The notes below the pieces were generated by a model, which saw only the letters and a list, made by a program, of their open reading frames with translations, had not been told where the DNA came from and did no database searches. From Octopus sinensis (Eukaryota), in the NCBI RefSeq assembly GCF_006345805.1, contig NW_021835146.1, forward strand, positions 1 to 64,000: a DNA stretch of 64,000 nt, given 5' to 3'. Shown piece after piece: positions 13,434-27,692 of this stretch. Numbering within the stretch: the first letter of the stretch is position 1; every line of letters begins with the position of its first letter. The translations under genes were made by a program, and so were the position numbers.

Positions 13434-13602
13434 ACCACCACTAACATCACCACGAGTTTGACCACCACCTTAACCACAACTACTACTGCAACCTCAAATT
13501 AAAACACCAAACAAACCACGATCACAATCACCACCACTACGACTTCATCTGCATCCACTGCCACTACCACCACCACCACCACCACCACCACCTCTACTAC
13601 TA

Positions 13603-13633
<31 letters not shown>

Positions 13634-13852
13634 ACTTCTACTACTTCTACTACTACTACAGCCATCATTGCCCCGATCACCACCACTACTATCATTACTT
13701 ATACGAGGATTATTGTGGCTACTATCAAAAGCCCCGCTACCATCATAGCTAAAATATCCGCGACTCAAACGCAGAAATCCACCAATACAACGACAGTAGG
13801 AACAGCAATTATTTAGTAATAATAGCAACAACAATATCAACAACAACAAAAA

Positions 13853-14210
13853 GGTGGCGAACTGGTAGAAACGTTAGCACGCCAGGCGAGATGCTTATCG
13901 GTATTTCGTCTGCCGTTACGTTCTGAGTTCAAATTCCGCCGAGGTCGACTTTGCCTTTCATCCTTTTAGGGTCGATTAATTAAGTACCAGTTACGCACTG
14001 GGGTCGATATAATCGACTTAATCCGTTTGTCTGTCCTTGTGTGTCCTCTCTGTGTTGAGCCCCTTGTGGGTAGTAAAGAAATAGGTAATTAGCCTGTCTT
14101 TACATTCTGTGTTCAAATTCCTCCGAGGTCGACTTTGCCTTTCATCCTTTCGGGGTCGATAAATTAATTACCAGTTGCGTACTGGAGTCGATCTAATCGA
14201 CTGGCCCCCT
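13853..14210 (+). mobile_element. SINE family B: full copy followed directly by a second, headless body
   Basis: GGTGGCGAACTGGTAGAAACGTTAGC head and core GCCTTTCATCCTTTCGGGGTCGAT (resembles the Meta/MESC SINE domain, from recall). Confidence 0.9.
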
Positions 14211-14330
14211 CCCGAAAGGATGAAAGGCGAAGTCGACCTCGGCAGAATTTGATCTCAGAACGAAAGGACGAACGAAAAGCCGCTAAACGTTTTATCCGGC
14301 GTGCTGACGACCCCGCCAGCTCGTTGCTTC
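14211..14330 (-). mobile_element. SINE family B 5' half, inverted
   Basis: CCCGAAAGGATGAAAGGCGAAGTCGACCTCGGC...GCCAGCTCG. Confidence 0.85.
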
Positions 14331-14443
14331 AACAACAACAATTGTAATAATGATAATGATGATGATAATGATGATGATCACGACAACGACGACGATGACA
14401 GCAACAACAAGAACAGTTGAAATATTATTGGTGAAGGGAAGAT

Positions 14444-14540
14444 GAAGAAGAAGAAGAAGAAGAAGAAGAAGAAGAAGAAGAAGAAGAAGAAGAAGAAGAA
14501 GAAGAAGAAGAAGAAGAAGAAGAAGAAGAAGAAGAAGAAG

Positions 14541-14570
<30 letters not shown>
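14444..14570. repeat. Perfect (GAA)n microsatellite
   Basis: About 42 uninterrupted units. Confidence 0.98.
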
Positions 14571-14571
<1 letters not shown>

Positions 14572-14815
14572 GATGAAAGAGGAAGAAAAAGAAAACAAGA
14601 AGAATTTATTTTCCGGTTTTCTTTCCTTTTTTTGTTAACAAGTTAATAATGAAAAAGGGTTTATGAAATTTGTTGCACTGATGTAAAAATCAATAAATCG
14701 ATATTCGAAGACTACGGTGACAGTAAGATATATTTGGGGACTGAGTGTATCGATAGGCAGAATGGAATTCGATAGTGAGTCTTCCTTCTTCATTAGGTAT
14801 GATGTGCAAAGTGAC

Positions 14816-14863
<48 letters not shown>

Positions 14864-15292
14864 CATAATAATAATAATGATAATAATAATAATGATAATA
14901 ATAATAATTAGATCTGTCAAACATGGCGTAAAGAACGAGAAAACAACTGTACGGATTTGAAGCAAAAGATGGCGCTATTTAAATGATTCTCCATCAGGAC
15001 AAGAGAATTCTCAGGTGGATTTCCTTCCCACCTTGTTGTGAATGTTTAGCTAGCTGCAGGTCGGCCCCGGTCGTGTAGACCAATGATCAAAGCCGTTTTA
15101 AGCTGTGGTTAGTTGAGCGATGATAAAGACTAGTGAGAGAAAAAATGTCTGCGAAAAAATAAAAATTTAATTAAAAGAGATCGAAAATTAGAATTTTTAG
15201 ATTTTAAATTTTGAATATTCCTACAGAAGAGCATTCGTTAGAAATGCTGGAAGTGTGTGTGCGGGGAGACTAAATGCAGCACTTAGGGATAA

Positions 15293-15535
15293 CGAAGCCA
15301 TGTGGTTAGGCTGTTGCAGACACGATCGGAAAGGTCGTGGTTTCGATTCTCGGGTCGGGCAGTGCGTTGTGTTCTTGAGCAAACACTTCATTTCGCGTTT
15401 CTCCAATCTCATCAGATGTAGATGAGTAACCTTGAGACGAACTAGCATCCCGTTCATAGGGTAATGTTGCGATTTGGGTTGCTTGTATGCCATGGAAACT
15501 CGCCCTAGGAGTCCTAGGATGTCAAGCAGAAGACT
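15293..15535 (+). mobile_element. Degenerate CORE-like SINE ending in (ACT)n
   Basis: tRNA-like head, TGTGTTCTTGAGCAAACACTT, and a V-domain-like CTAGCATCCCGTTCA segment. Confidence 0.7.
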
Positions 15536-15573
<38 letters not shown>

Positions 15574-16799
15574 ACTACTACTCTATTACTATTACTACTG
15601 CTGCTGCTACTACTACTGCTGCCACTACTACTACTGCTACTACCACTACTATTACTGCTGCTGCTGCTGCTACTACTACTACCACCACCACCACTACTAC
15701 TAGTACCACCACCATCACCACTACAACTACTAATGGATAATTAGAAATGTGTTAAACGTGTGTCTGTCTGTTTGTCCATTTGCGTATGTTTGTATGTGTG
15801 TGTGTGTTTGTATGAGTGTGTGTGTGTTTGTGTGCTTGTGTATGTATGTCCGTGTAGGTGATTGTGTGTGTTTATGTGTGTTTACGTGCAGGTGTGTGTG
15901 AGTGTGTGAGCGTGTGTGTATGCTTGTATGTGTGTGCATATGTGTGAGTGTGTTGGGAACATGTGTGTGTATGTTTGTGTGTGTGTACGTGTGCATGTAT
16001 ATGCTTGTGTATGTACATATGTATGTATTTATCGGTGTATATATGTGTGTAAGTATATGTATGTGTAATATGTATATATGCACAGAGAGAAAGAGGAAAA
16101 GAGAAAGACATAAGAAGAGAAAGAGAGAAAAAGAGAGGGAGAGGTGAAAAATAGGAGTGTAGAAGAAGACCGAGTTTAAAATTAGTAACAACAACCGATG
16201 GATCGCAAATAATAAGTCTCGCAGATCCAGTTCCAGCCAATCCCACGTTCACACTGTACATTGCATCATAGAATCAGATTAATTAACGAAATCTTCATTT
16301 TAGTGAAGCTATTATGCTCATAATGCCAAACTTTCTGTTGGTTTGTTTTTAACTTCAACGATGAGAGGCTGCTCAATAAACATAAACTAGCTGCATCTTG
16401 TCAGACATCGGACTATCCCGGAACAATGTGCGCTGCCAGTTTATATATTACAATGTTTATAGTGTGTTAGTAAGGTTCTGGTTTGTAGTGGTGGATGTTG
16501 TTGTAGGGATTGTCGGTAATATTATTTGTGATGGCCGCTATGAAAGGGGAACTTTCATGCCGAAACTTCAGCCTGGTGAACCGAGGATCCTCATGTATAT
16601 ACATATATATATATATATATACGGTTTACACTAATAACCAGGAATTCTTACTATCGAAATCTTGGCGTAGTTTTTGGGTAGATACACATTTCCGAAGTCA
16701 GTTGATGTGTGTCGCCATCGTTTCTTTTCTACCCTAAAAAGACAGAGCTAATATTTCATACCATGATTCACAGACATTTGTGAATCAAAATTTTATGAT

Positions 16800-16940
16800 C
16801 CATCAAGGACAGAGTAACATTATGAAGTACTTGTCAAAACGATGCTGTATATGTTTTTCTGAGAAATATTGTATCTTACACAACCCGTCTGTCATTATGG
16901 GAAGAAAAACAGAGCTAATATCGACATGTAGTAAAGGCAT
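16800..16940 (+). pseudogene. Penelope-like retroelement GIY-YIG endonuclease C-terminal relic
   Basis: SKRCCICFSEKYCILHNPSVIMGRKTELISTC matches the PLE pattern KRCxLCxxEKxxI...LNxxxELxxxC(RH). A decayed CUGAAGA motif lies ~110 bp downstream (17049). Confidence 0.65.
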
Positions 16941-17092
16941 GGTAGAATTGTTATCACTTTTGAGGATAATAAAGTGCAGGTTTCACATGAAGTAAGATGG
17001 TGTGGTCTTGACTTTTGCTTCAATAGCTACGACCCAACAAAAGTATGCTGAAGATCATTGTGTAATAATATCTGTATACTAACGGTAAACCT

Positions 17093-17441
17093 TCGTCACG
17101 GGGTCGGAGACCCCTCTTCGGTCCACGAATGACCATGGGATTGCATCAAGAAATTAACCCTCCGAGACACAAGTCCGAGCAATGTTGATTATGGAAGACC
17201 AGCAGTCGCCCATACATACCAGCCTCTGCTCACCACGCCGCCGATGCCATCCAAGGGAAAGGCAAAGGGGCCGATACAGCTTGGCACCAGTGATGTCGCA
17301 ACTCATTTCTACAGCTGATTGAACTAAACAAACTTGAAATAAAGTGTCTTGCTCAAGAACACAATCCGAAGCCCGGTCCGGGATTCGAACTCCCAGTCTG
17401 ACAGTTATAAGTTCGACGCTCTAACCATTGAGCCATGCACC
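17093..17441 (-). mobile_element. tRNA-derived CORE-like SINE with a distinct (RTE-like) tail
   Basis: Minus-strand head GGTGCATGGCTCAATGGTTAGAGCG...GAGTTCGAATCCC, then TGTGTTCTTGAGCAAGACACTT. Confidence 0.8.
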
Positions 17442-17509
17442 TTCACTCGTCGGGGAGTAAGTACAGCAATACATTCTTAAATACACACATGCATAAATGA
17501 ATGTATGTG

Positions 17510-17566
<57 letters not shown>

Positions 17567-18412
17567 TGAGACGAAGAGAGAGAGAGAGAAGATATAAAGT
17601 CAAATAAAGGAAGAAAGACATGCAATCAGAAAATAGAGAGAGGCAGGAGATATGGAGCTACAAGTGTCAGGGAAGAGAGAAGGAGCGGTAATGCGTTAGA
17701 AAGAGGTGTAAGAAGAAAGAGGAGGAGTGGTATACAGAGGAGGGAGGAGGACAAGAAGAAACAGAAGGAGGCGAAGGAGGAGATGATGAAGAACAAGAAG
17801 AAGAAGAACAACAACAACAAGAATTGGAAAACTAGAAGAAGGAAACAAAAGGCGGAAATATATTGTGCAAGAATGAGGAATTTGAGGAGAGGCAGAGAGT
17901 GTGAAAGGTTTAAGTAGAAATTGGTGAGAAAGGAAAATTGAAGGACTGAAGATAAATGAGAAAGAAGAGTGTTAGGAGAGAAAGTGAGGAGATAGGAAAG
18001 AGAGACAGAGAGAGAGAGAGAGAGGGAGAAAGAGTTTTAATTAGAAAGGCGATAAAACATGGAAGTGAAGTAGAGAGATATAGAAACAGGGGTAGAGAAA
18101 GGGGGCGAGAGAGGGGGAGACAGAGAGAGGGGAGAGAGAGAGAGGGGGGAGGCGTTAAAGTGATAAAGCTAGAAGGCAAGACAAGGAATGAATAATGAGA
18201 CAAAATGTTACATAAACAAAGACAATTGAATAAGGTGAATGGGCAGGGTGCGGGATCGAACGCACCTACACGAACACATGCAAACGTATATACATACATA
18301 CTTACATATATATATATATATATGTATATATACACATATACACACACACTCACGGAGCAATATTGTCATCCATGTGTGTATATATACGTATGTAAATGTG
18401 CATGAAGATATA

Positions 18413-18445
<33 letters not shown>

Positions 18446-18607
18446 ATATATATATGCATATCGCACGTGTTTGTGTGTACATAGACATACACTCGTGTAT
18501 TGGATTAATATAATATTTGTTTCTCTCTGGGTGCGTATAAATATACGTATTTATGGATGATTGTACGCATGTATATATATATAATGTGTGTGTGTGCATA
18601 TGTGTGT

Positions 18608-18663
<56 letters not shown>

Positions 18664-18953
18664 ATATACTTATATACATACACACACATATATGCATGTA
18701 TAACAATACATGTATACTTATAAATGTACACACACAATATATATATATTCATATATCCATGTGAATTCGATTTTCTGTTTCTCTCATTTGTTACATACAT
18801 ACATGGATATTCATATACGTACACACACACAACCCCCAACCCAACACACATACATTATTATATATATATATATATATATATATAGATATATATATATACA
18901 TATATATACGTATACATATATATACACATATACATACATATATATATATATGC

Positions 18954-19028
<75 letters not shown>

Positions 19029-19463
19029 TATATGTATACACATACACACACATATAAGGAATTCTACAGAAGTCTACGAGTATAAGGACGAAGAGAACAG
19101 AGGCTAAATAGAGAGAGTGTGTGGCAGACAGACAGGCAGACAGAATAGAGAGGGATGGTGAGAGATAAGAAATGTAAGGCGAAAGAAGAATAATGAGAGG
19201 GGTATTAGTTGAGTGACTTAATGAGAATGAGACAGAGGGAAGGAGAGAGAGAGAGAGTGGAAGGGGAAGGGAATAAGGGAAAGTAAGGAGAGAAAGAAAT
19301 ATGAAGGAGCTCTAGGGAGGTGAAAGCAGGGAAGGAGAGGTAGTGAGAGATAGAGAAACAGCAGGAAAGAGAAAGAGAGAAAAGAGAGTAAATAGATTTA
19401 TTAATGGGAGATAACCAACAAAAAATGCAAGCAAATACCTGTGTATGCGTGTATGTGTGTGTG

Positions 19464-19502
<39 letters not shown>

Positions 19503-19607
19503 TGATTGTATATACGTATGCACACATACATGGAATAGCCAACACTCGACATAATACACTTCGATGTATGTATGCGTATTTGTGTATGCATGTATGTGTA
19601 TATATAT

Positions 19608-19638
<31 letters not shown>

Positions 19639-19918
19639 ATATATATATATATATACTCATATATATATACATATATATCTGCGTGTGTATGTGTGTGTGT
19701 ATGTGTGTGTGCATGTATGTATACGCACACATGTATATATGCGATATATATATATATATGAATATGTATTTACACACACACTCACAGACATATACATGTA
19801 TTATGTGTGTCTGTATGTATAATTATATGTCTGTGTGTGTGCTTTTGTGCATATAGTTACGTTTGTATCTATGTAATTATATATATATACATACACACAC
19901 ACACGCGCGCATATGTGT

Positions 19919-19957
<39 letters not shown>

Positions 19958-20403
19958 TATCGACATAAGTACGTACGTATGTGTGCATACATGCTGGTAG
20001 GTACGTATCCGAAAGACGTAAAAGGGGGAGGGTGACGGTGAGGGCGGTGAAAGCGAATGAGGGGGAGACAACCGAGGAAATTTGATGACCAAATGTGAGT
20101 CAGTCAAAAGTGTTGAGGAGAGAGAGAGAGTCTGGAGAGAAAGACTATTTCTCCCTCTCTCTTATCTGCCTCTCCCTCTCTCTCTCTTTTTCTCTCTCAC
20201 CGATTCCCTCTTAATTTGTTAAATTCTTTTACTCCACAGCAAGACGTGACCGGCGTATTCAATTGATTCCAGTGTTTCTAGTTAATAGATTAAGGAAGAT
20301 AATGATGTGGCAGGGGGCGGGTGGGGGTGTGGAAGGTGGGGGAGTGGAGGAATGGGGGGGGGAAGGATATTGGATGTGATGGAAGAGAGAAAAAAGAGGA
20401 GGC

Positions 20404-20438
<35 letters not shown>

Positions 20439-21466
20439 TGAATAATGAACGAACTTCACACATATAAGCGTGTACACACACACACACACGGTAATATTCG
20501 CACACACACACACCTGTATCAAGGATACATGTATATATGTATGTGTATCTTTCCATCTATATACATACATATATATATATCACTCAGTTTATATACATAT
20601 ATATATATATTTACACACACGCACACACACACACACAAACATATATATATATATATATACACGTACTTATAAAAACGCGCATTCATTCATACATACACAT
20701 CCTGTGTGTGCGTGTGTTTGTGTGTGAGTGTGTATGTGTCGGTGTGGACGTGTGTGCGTGTGTAAATTGTGTGTGAAATGAAGAAAGATTGATAGGAGAG
20801 AGAGAGGGGGAAAGGGAGGGAAAGAAAGAAAGAGAGAGAGAATGGTGAGAGAGAAATGAAAATTTTATATTAATTCATTCATATTTCATTTTACAAGAAG
20901 TGTTTGCTTGCTGGCTGGCTAGCTGGTTGGTGGAGTACTGGATGGCTGGTTGGCTGGTTGGCTGGCGGGCGGGCCAGAGGGGAAGTTCTAACATAGTCAC
21001 ATCATGGGCCACTGTAATAATTACTGATTAGGCGGGAAATTTATCAAGAAAGAAAACGTGACGTTCCTTGATAACGACCTGTACGCCACCCGCACCCCAT
21101 CACCACCACCACCACCACCACCACCACCACAACCACCACCACCATCATCATCATCATTAACAGCAGCAGGAACAATGGTAGTTATGATTAAATGAATATT
21201 AATAATGATTTTCATCATAGTCACATGATCACACATTATGGTAGGAGTTTGGGTGTGGGGTGAGGATGTGGAAGTAGAACCGGAGTTAACGGAGGAGAAC
21301 GAACCCGGCACTTGAGAGTTTAATTTATTTACTCCCTTCCAGAGGGATGAAAGGTATGACATGCCGCCCCCTGGTGAGAATCGAACTCAAAACCTAAAGG
21401 ACGTAACGAAATACCAAAAAAGTTGTTTTGTTTGATCTTTCGCAACTCTCGCTCTACATCGGTGAA

Positions 21467-21515
<49 letters not shown>

Positions 21516-21534
21516 TAATAATAATAATAATAAT

Positions 21535-22174
21535 GCCCTGATGCAGTACCAGGCAGTGGCTTGCCCTTATGCAGTACCAGGCAGTGGCTAATGCCCTGAT
21601 GCAGTACCAGGCAGTGGTAATGCCCTGATGCAGTACCAGGCAGTGGCTCTCATGGCTTCTGATCTTAACTGATTGGAAGTGTTATCATGTACATTGTTTT
21701 GTCTTGGTATAAAAGATGGGCTACAGCAAATATTCTGCTCAGTACCACAGATTTGCTTGTCAGTTGTTTGACCTTAACCAGTTGAGCATGTCCCTTAGTG
21801 GCTGACGATATGTGCATCTCTGATCACGAGCAGAAGTAGCGGGGGAGCATCATAGCCATGTGTTGAGAGGGATTCTTTGGGGTTTGAATAGTTCACCTCT
21901 GGAAACATGGGTGGTTCTTTCAACATCCTTAAGCAACCCTTATTCAGGGACCGTTTGAGCGGGATGGGCTACTCAACCTGAAAAAATTCTAACTGGGCCC
22001 CACCTGCAAGGTCATGTGCTGTTTATCTTGATATGAGATCACCATGTCGCGCACATATGGTTGTGATGCATGTGCCTGGTGTACCTTTATCAGACGGGTA
22101 GTCATGATGGGTATATTGGGCTTCGTATATTTTACCCCAGTGTCACTTTGATGGCATGAACTGCTCTCTCACTC
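21535..22174 (+). mobile_element. Element C, full length, with its 5' ~29 bp present four times
   Basis: Flanked by (AAT)n on both sides; homologous to 9185, 61599 and 62690. Confidence 0.9.
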
Positions 22175-22222
22175 AATAATAATAATAATAATAATAATAA
22201 TAATTATAATAATAATAATAAT

Positions 22223-22794
22223 ACATTGGAACCTACATACACTGGAAGCTATGCCAACATTATGGAATAACAACAGAAAAAAGATGGTATAAGCAACACA
22301 CCAGAAAAGGTCACAGAAAACGAGAAACAACCATACTCTGGGATATGCCGATACACACAGATAGAGAAATTAAGGCCAACAGACCAGATATAGTTGTCAG
22401 AGATCATGAAGAAAAAAATGCTTTCTAATTGATGTATCATATACCAGCAGATGACAACGTGTCTCTAAAAGAAATGGAGAAACTTTCAAAATACAAAGAC
22501 CTGGAAATAGAGGTAACCAGAATGTGGAATCTAAAAACAGAAAAAATCCTATCATAGTAGGTGCATTAGGCATGATAAAAAAATATTCAGACAAATACAT
22601 AAGAAAAACACCAGGACTTACAAACACATATAACATACAGAAAATTGCACTACTAGGCACTGCACACACATCCTACGCAGAACACTTTCCATACAATAAT
22701 CATCAGAGCATCACAACAAATCACAGCACATACCTAAGGCACACAGAGCTGTGCTCGGTAGTGAAGTGAAAGCACGCTATAAAAATAAAACTAT

Positions 22795-22798
<4 letters not shown>
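22223..22798 (+). mobile_element. 5'-truncated R4/Dong-like non-LTR retrotransposon (RLE domain + 3' UTR), family 1
   Basis: Frameshifted translation YIHWKLCQHYG...ILWDMPIHTDREIKANRPDIVV...CFLIDVS-PADDNVSLKEMEKLSKYKDLEIEV...PIIVGALG...QKIALLGTAH-LRRTLS gives RLE PD-(D/E)xK motifs. Flanked by (AAT)n. Confidence 0.92.
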
Positions 22799-22865
<67 letters not shown>

Positions 22866-22871
<6 letters not shown>

Positions 22872-23083
22872 CTCTATGTAATCCCAAGGTTTAAAACAAA
22901 CTTTGTTATTTATTTATTTATTTATTTATTTTTATTTTTTTATGTATTAGACATCCTATAGCAACACAACAAAAAAAAAAAAAACCAAATATATGGCACA
23001 GAACTTCCAACCTGTTGTCTCTTGAGGTCTCTGGGTGAGACTTGGAGTCAACTTGTACAGACATAAAGCAAAAGTCAAACATA

Positions 23084-23084
<1 letters not shown>
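22866..23084 (+). mobile_element. Dong-like family 2, 3' UTR-only copy
   Basis: Matches the end of 60799-61452 from the last codons (ATACTCTCTATGTAA) to CAAACATAG; (AAT)n flanks. Confidence 0.88.
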
Positions 23085-23127
<43 letters not shown>

Positions 23128-23147
23128 TAATAATAATGATAATAATA

Positions 23148-23187
<40 letters not shown>

Positions 23188-23188
23188 C

Positions 23189-23226
<38 letters not shown>

Positions 23227-23237
23227 GTAATGATGAT

Positions 23238-23670
23238 GGTGTCGGAGAAATGTAAGATTTTCGGGACTTCCCTATTCAAACGGACAAACAATAAAAGTCA
23301 AGGAAAAGCGAAGCTGCTTGCTAATTGATCCCTCATGCCCGTTTGATTCCAGGATCATAAAGAAAGAGGACGAAAAACGAAAAAAAATAATAAAAAATAC
23401 AATCCCTTAAAAATTTGAAAATGCGAGAATTTGGAGTAAAAGTTGTGCCTATAATAACTGGTATATTGGGAACTGTGAGTAAAGATATAGAGAAATCGTT
23501 GAAGGAGATAGGAATAGAATGTTCGATAGACTTTCGACAGAAAGTTCGCCTCCTAGGGACAGGAAAGATTTTCGGAAGGGTCTTAAGCATTTGAAAGACT
23601 ATTGAAAGATTATGGATACCGGCTAGCCACATAATCCCTGCCAGGAATAAGAACGAATCTGAATAGAACC
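23238..23670 (+). mobile_element. Dong-like family 3, degenerate RLE fragment
   Basis: DFPIQTDK...CLLIDPSCPFDSRIIKKEDEK...KVVPIITGILGTVSKDIEKSLKEIG...QKVRLLGTGKIFGRVLSI*. Confidence 0.85.
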
Positions 23671-23672
23671 AA

Positions 23673-23769
<97 letters not shown>

Positions 23770-23779
23770 CGACGACGAC

Positions 23780-23813
<34 letters not shown>

Positions 23814-23814
23814 C

Positions 23815-23845
<31 letters not shown>

Positions 23846-23870
23846 GGTGGTGGTGGTGATGATGATGATG

Positions 23871-23901
<31 letters not shown>

Positions 23902-23904
23902 AGA

Positions 23905-23938
<34 letters not shown>

Positions 23939-24056
23939 GGTGGTGGTGATGATGATGATGATGATAATGACGATGACGACGATGATGATGATGATGATGA
24001 TGATGATGACGACGATGACGATGACGGAGACGACGACGATGATGATGATGATGATT
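23670..24056. repeat. Compound (ACT)(AAT)(GAT)(GGT)n microsatellite
   Basis: Seen directly. Confidence 0.95.
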
Positions 24057-24617
24057 TCAAACTTTGCCACAAGGGCGGCAGTTTTGTGGGATGGGTCTAG
24101 TACGCAACTGGTACTTAATTTATCGACGCCGAAAGGATGAAAGGCAATGTCGAACCTCGGTGATATTGGAACTCAGAGCGTAAGGACAGATGAAATGTCG
24201 CCAAGCATTTTGTCTAAAGTGCTATAGTAATAAATGACAGGTTCACTCCATCGGCCAGGCTTCTCCACAGTTTCCATCTACCCAGTTTTATTCGCTACGT
24301 ATGGTTAGTCCAAGGCTACAGAAAACGATATTTCCCTAAAATATTATGGAATGGTATCGAACTCAGGAATTCGTTGTCAGAAAGCGAACTTCTTAACGAT
24401 TCTGTTTAATAATGGGCTTAACAACATTGAATAACATAATCATAATAAATACAAGATATTGAATACTAAATGGCAGTGGCATGGCTGGAAAGCCTTTGAT
24501 TATAGATGTACTTAATCAGGACTAAACAATAACAGCAACATCAGAAGCCCTTTCTTGTCCCACATTAACCCATTTCATTATCCCAGTTCACTGTCTTCTA
24601 GCTTATTTGTGCATACA

Positions 24618-24788
24618 GGCGCAGTTGTGGCTGTATGGTGAGTAGCTTGCTTACCAACCACATGGTTCCAGGTTCAGTCCCACTGCCTGACAACTTGGGC
24701 AAGTGTCTTCTACTATAGCCTTGGGCCGACCAAAGACTTGTGAGTGGATTTGGTAGACAGAAACTGAAAGAAGCCCGTCGTATATATG

Positions 24789-24840
<52 letters not shown>

Positions 24841-25091
24841 CGCGCGTATGTGCGCGCGTGTGTGCGCGCGCGTGTGTGTGTGTGTATGTTTGTGTGTCTG
24901 TGTTTGTCCCCCCAATATCGCTTGACAACCGATGCTGGTGTGTCTACGTCCCCGTAACTTAGCGGTTCGGCAAAAGAGACCGATAGAATAAGTATTAGGC
25001 TTACGAAGAATAAGTCTAGGGGTTGAGTTGCTCGACTAAAGGCGGTGCTCCAGCATGGCCGCAGTCAAATGACTGAAACAAGTAAAAGAGT
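24618..25091 (+). mobile_element. SINE family A with expanded internal (TA)(TG)(CG) tract
   Basis: Full head and tail homologous to 5028-5438. Confidence 0.9.
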
Positions 25092-25737
25092 TATATATTT
25101 TGTAACTTCAGTCATTGGACTACGGCCAAGCTGGGGCACCGTCTGGAAGAGTTTTAGTTGAAGAGATCGAACCCAGTTCCCGTTCCTTTGAAGTCCGCTG
25201 CTTACTCTATCGGCAATTTCGATAACTAATAAATTAACGCTTCACGGCGGTCTGTGCTCCCATGTCTGTCTGTTTGTTTGACTGACAGTCTGTCTGAAAG
25301 ACCGTCCGTTTGACTGTCAGTCTCTCAGTTTGTCTGTCTGTCGGTCAATCTGTCTGATTGCCAGTTTGTCTGTTTGTCTGGCTGTCAGTCACTCTTCTGG
25401 ACGAAAGCTTTTAATAAGATAAAAACGTTATTTGCTGCAAACATGGCCGACATTATAATTTAGGACAATTCACGCCATGTTTGATAAGACAATATTTAAT
25501 CAAACAGCAGGTTTTTTTTTTACTGTGTTTACCGTTTGTTTGTCAGTTTTACGTTACCTTTTAATCTTTGCGTTTTTGTTTGTCTATTTATGCTTGTTTT
25601 TGTTGGTTGTTGATTGTTGCCGTTGTAGTTATTCGCTTTGTTATTGCTGCGAACATTGTTCGTTGGTATTTGAATATTCGCTCCTCTCCCTCCCTCTCGT
25701 TCCTTTCACATTCCCCGTCAGTCCATCTGTTTCTCAG

Positions 25738-26280
<543 letters not shown>

Positions 26281-26778
26281 ATTTTTATCCCTCCTCTCTC
26301 TCTCTCTCTCTCTCTCTCAGTCTATGTATCAATCTAGATAGACAGACAGACAGACAGACAGATACATATATATATATATACAAATACACATACAAAGGTA
26401 CACGCATACGTACATACATACACACACATACATAAATACATACATACACACACACATATATATATACATACACACACACATATATATATATACATATATA
26501 CATAAGTACATATATACATACATACACACACACACATTGGAAGGCGGTGAGAAAGAGGAGAGAGTGGAAGAGAAGAAGAAGGGAGAAGATTGGGAATATG
26601 GCATTGTGACTATAACGTGTGTATATTTACATGAGTGTTTAAAATGATATAATTGAATTGATTCATCAAATTTATATACACGCGCGACAAATATGTATAT
26701 GCACGTATGTATATTCAGAGGCGTCATTCATCCGTGTCCGATGTGTATGAAAATCGACATTTTGATTACGCGGGATAA

Positions 26779-26855
<77 letters not shown>

Positions 26856-27653
26856 TGCCAATATAAAATTACAAACTGTATATGTTACTTGTAAGATGCT
26901 GAACGTGTTTCTATAGATATATGTATGTACGTTTGTGTGTGTGTATATCTATATATATATATATATATATAATATTATATATATACATAATATATGTATA
27001 TATGTATATATATATATATATACATAAATAATGTATATATATATATATATATATTATATATACATAAATATATTTGTATATCTGTATTTGTGTATCTGTG
27101 TGTTGTCGCCCCAAACATCGCTTGTTGGTGTTTTTATGTCCTGGGGTCGATTCGTTCGACTAAAAGCAGTGCTCCAGCATGGCTACAGACAAATGACTGA
27201 AACAAGTAAAAGAAATATAATGTGTGTGTGTCAATGTGTATTTATGTATGTGATGTATGCATATCTGTATGAAAATGTTTCTAATATGGGTGAATATATA
27301 TACACGTACACATACAGACACACACACACACACGTGTGTGTGTGTGTTAATGCCCATCCGGGTTCGTTGTCTTCAGATAGAAAGCGATGAATCAATTAAC
27401 GAAATGTAATCTTTCTAGCTTTCTCCGTTGTTACGGGTACGTGTGTGAGTGTGTATCTGCGTGTGCATCTGTGTGTGTGTGTGTGTTTGTGTATGTGTGT
27501 ATGTGTGTGTGTGTGTGTGGGATGTGCGTGTGAGTGCATCTTGACAACAAAAGTCTTTGGGAAAAAAAATAGTCAACAGAAACAAAGCGATGCAGTTGAA
27601 ATGTCAAGTTTTATCACGCTCCATAACTTGTAACTTTGTTTACAATCACGCTA

Positions 27654-27692
<39 letters not shown>

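Noticed and set aside
21531-21647. CRISPR-like ~29-bp direct repeats
   Set aside because: No spacers, no cas genes, eukaryotic context; it is the reiterated 5' end of element C.
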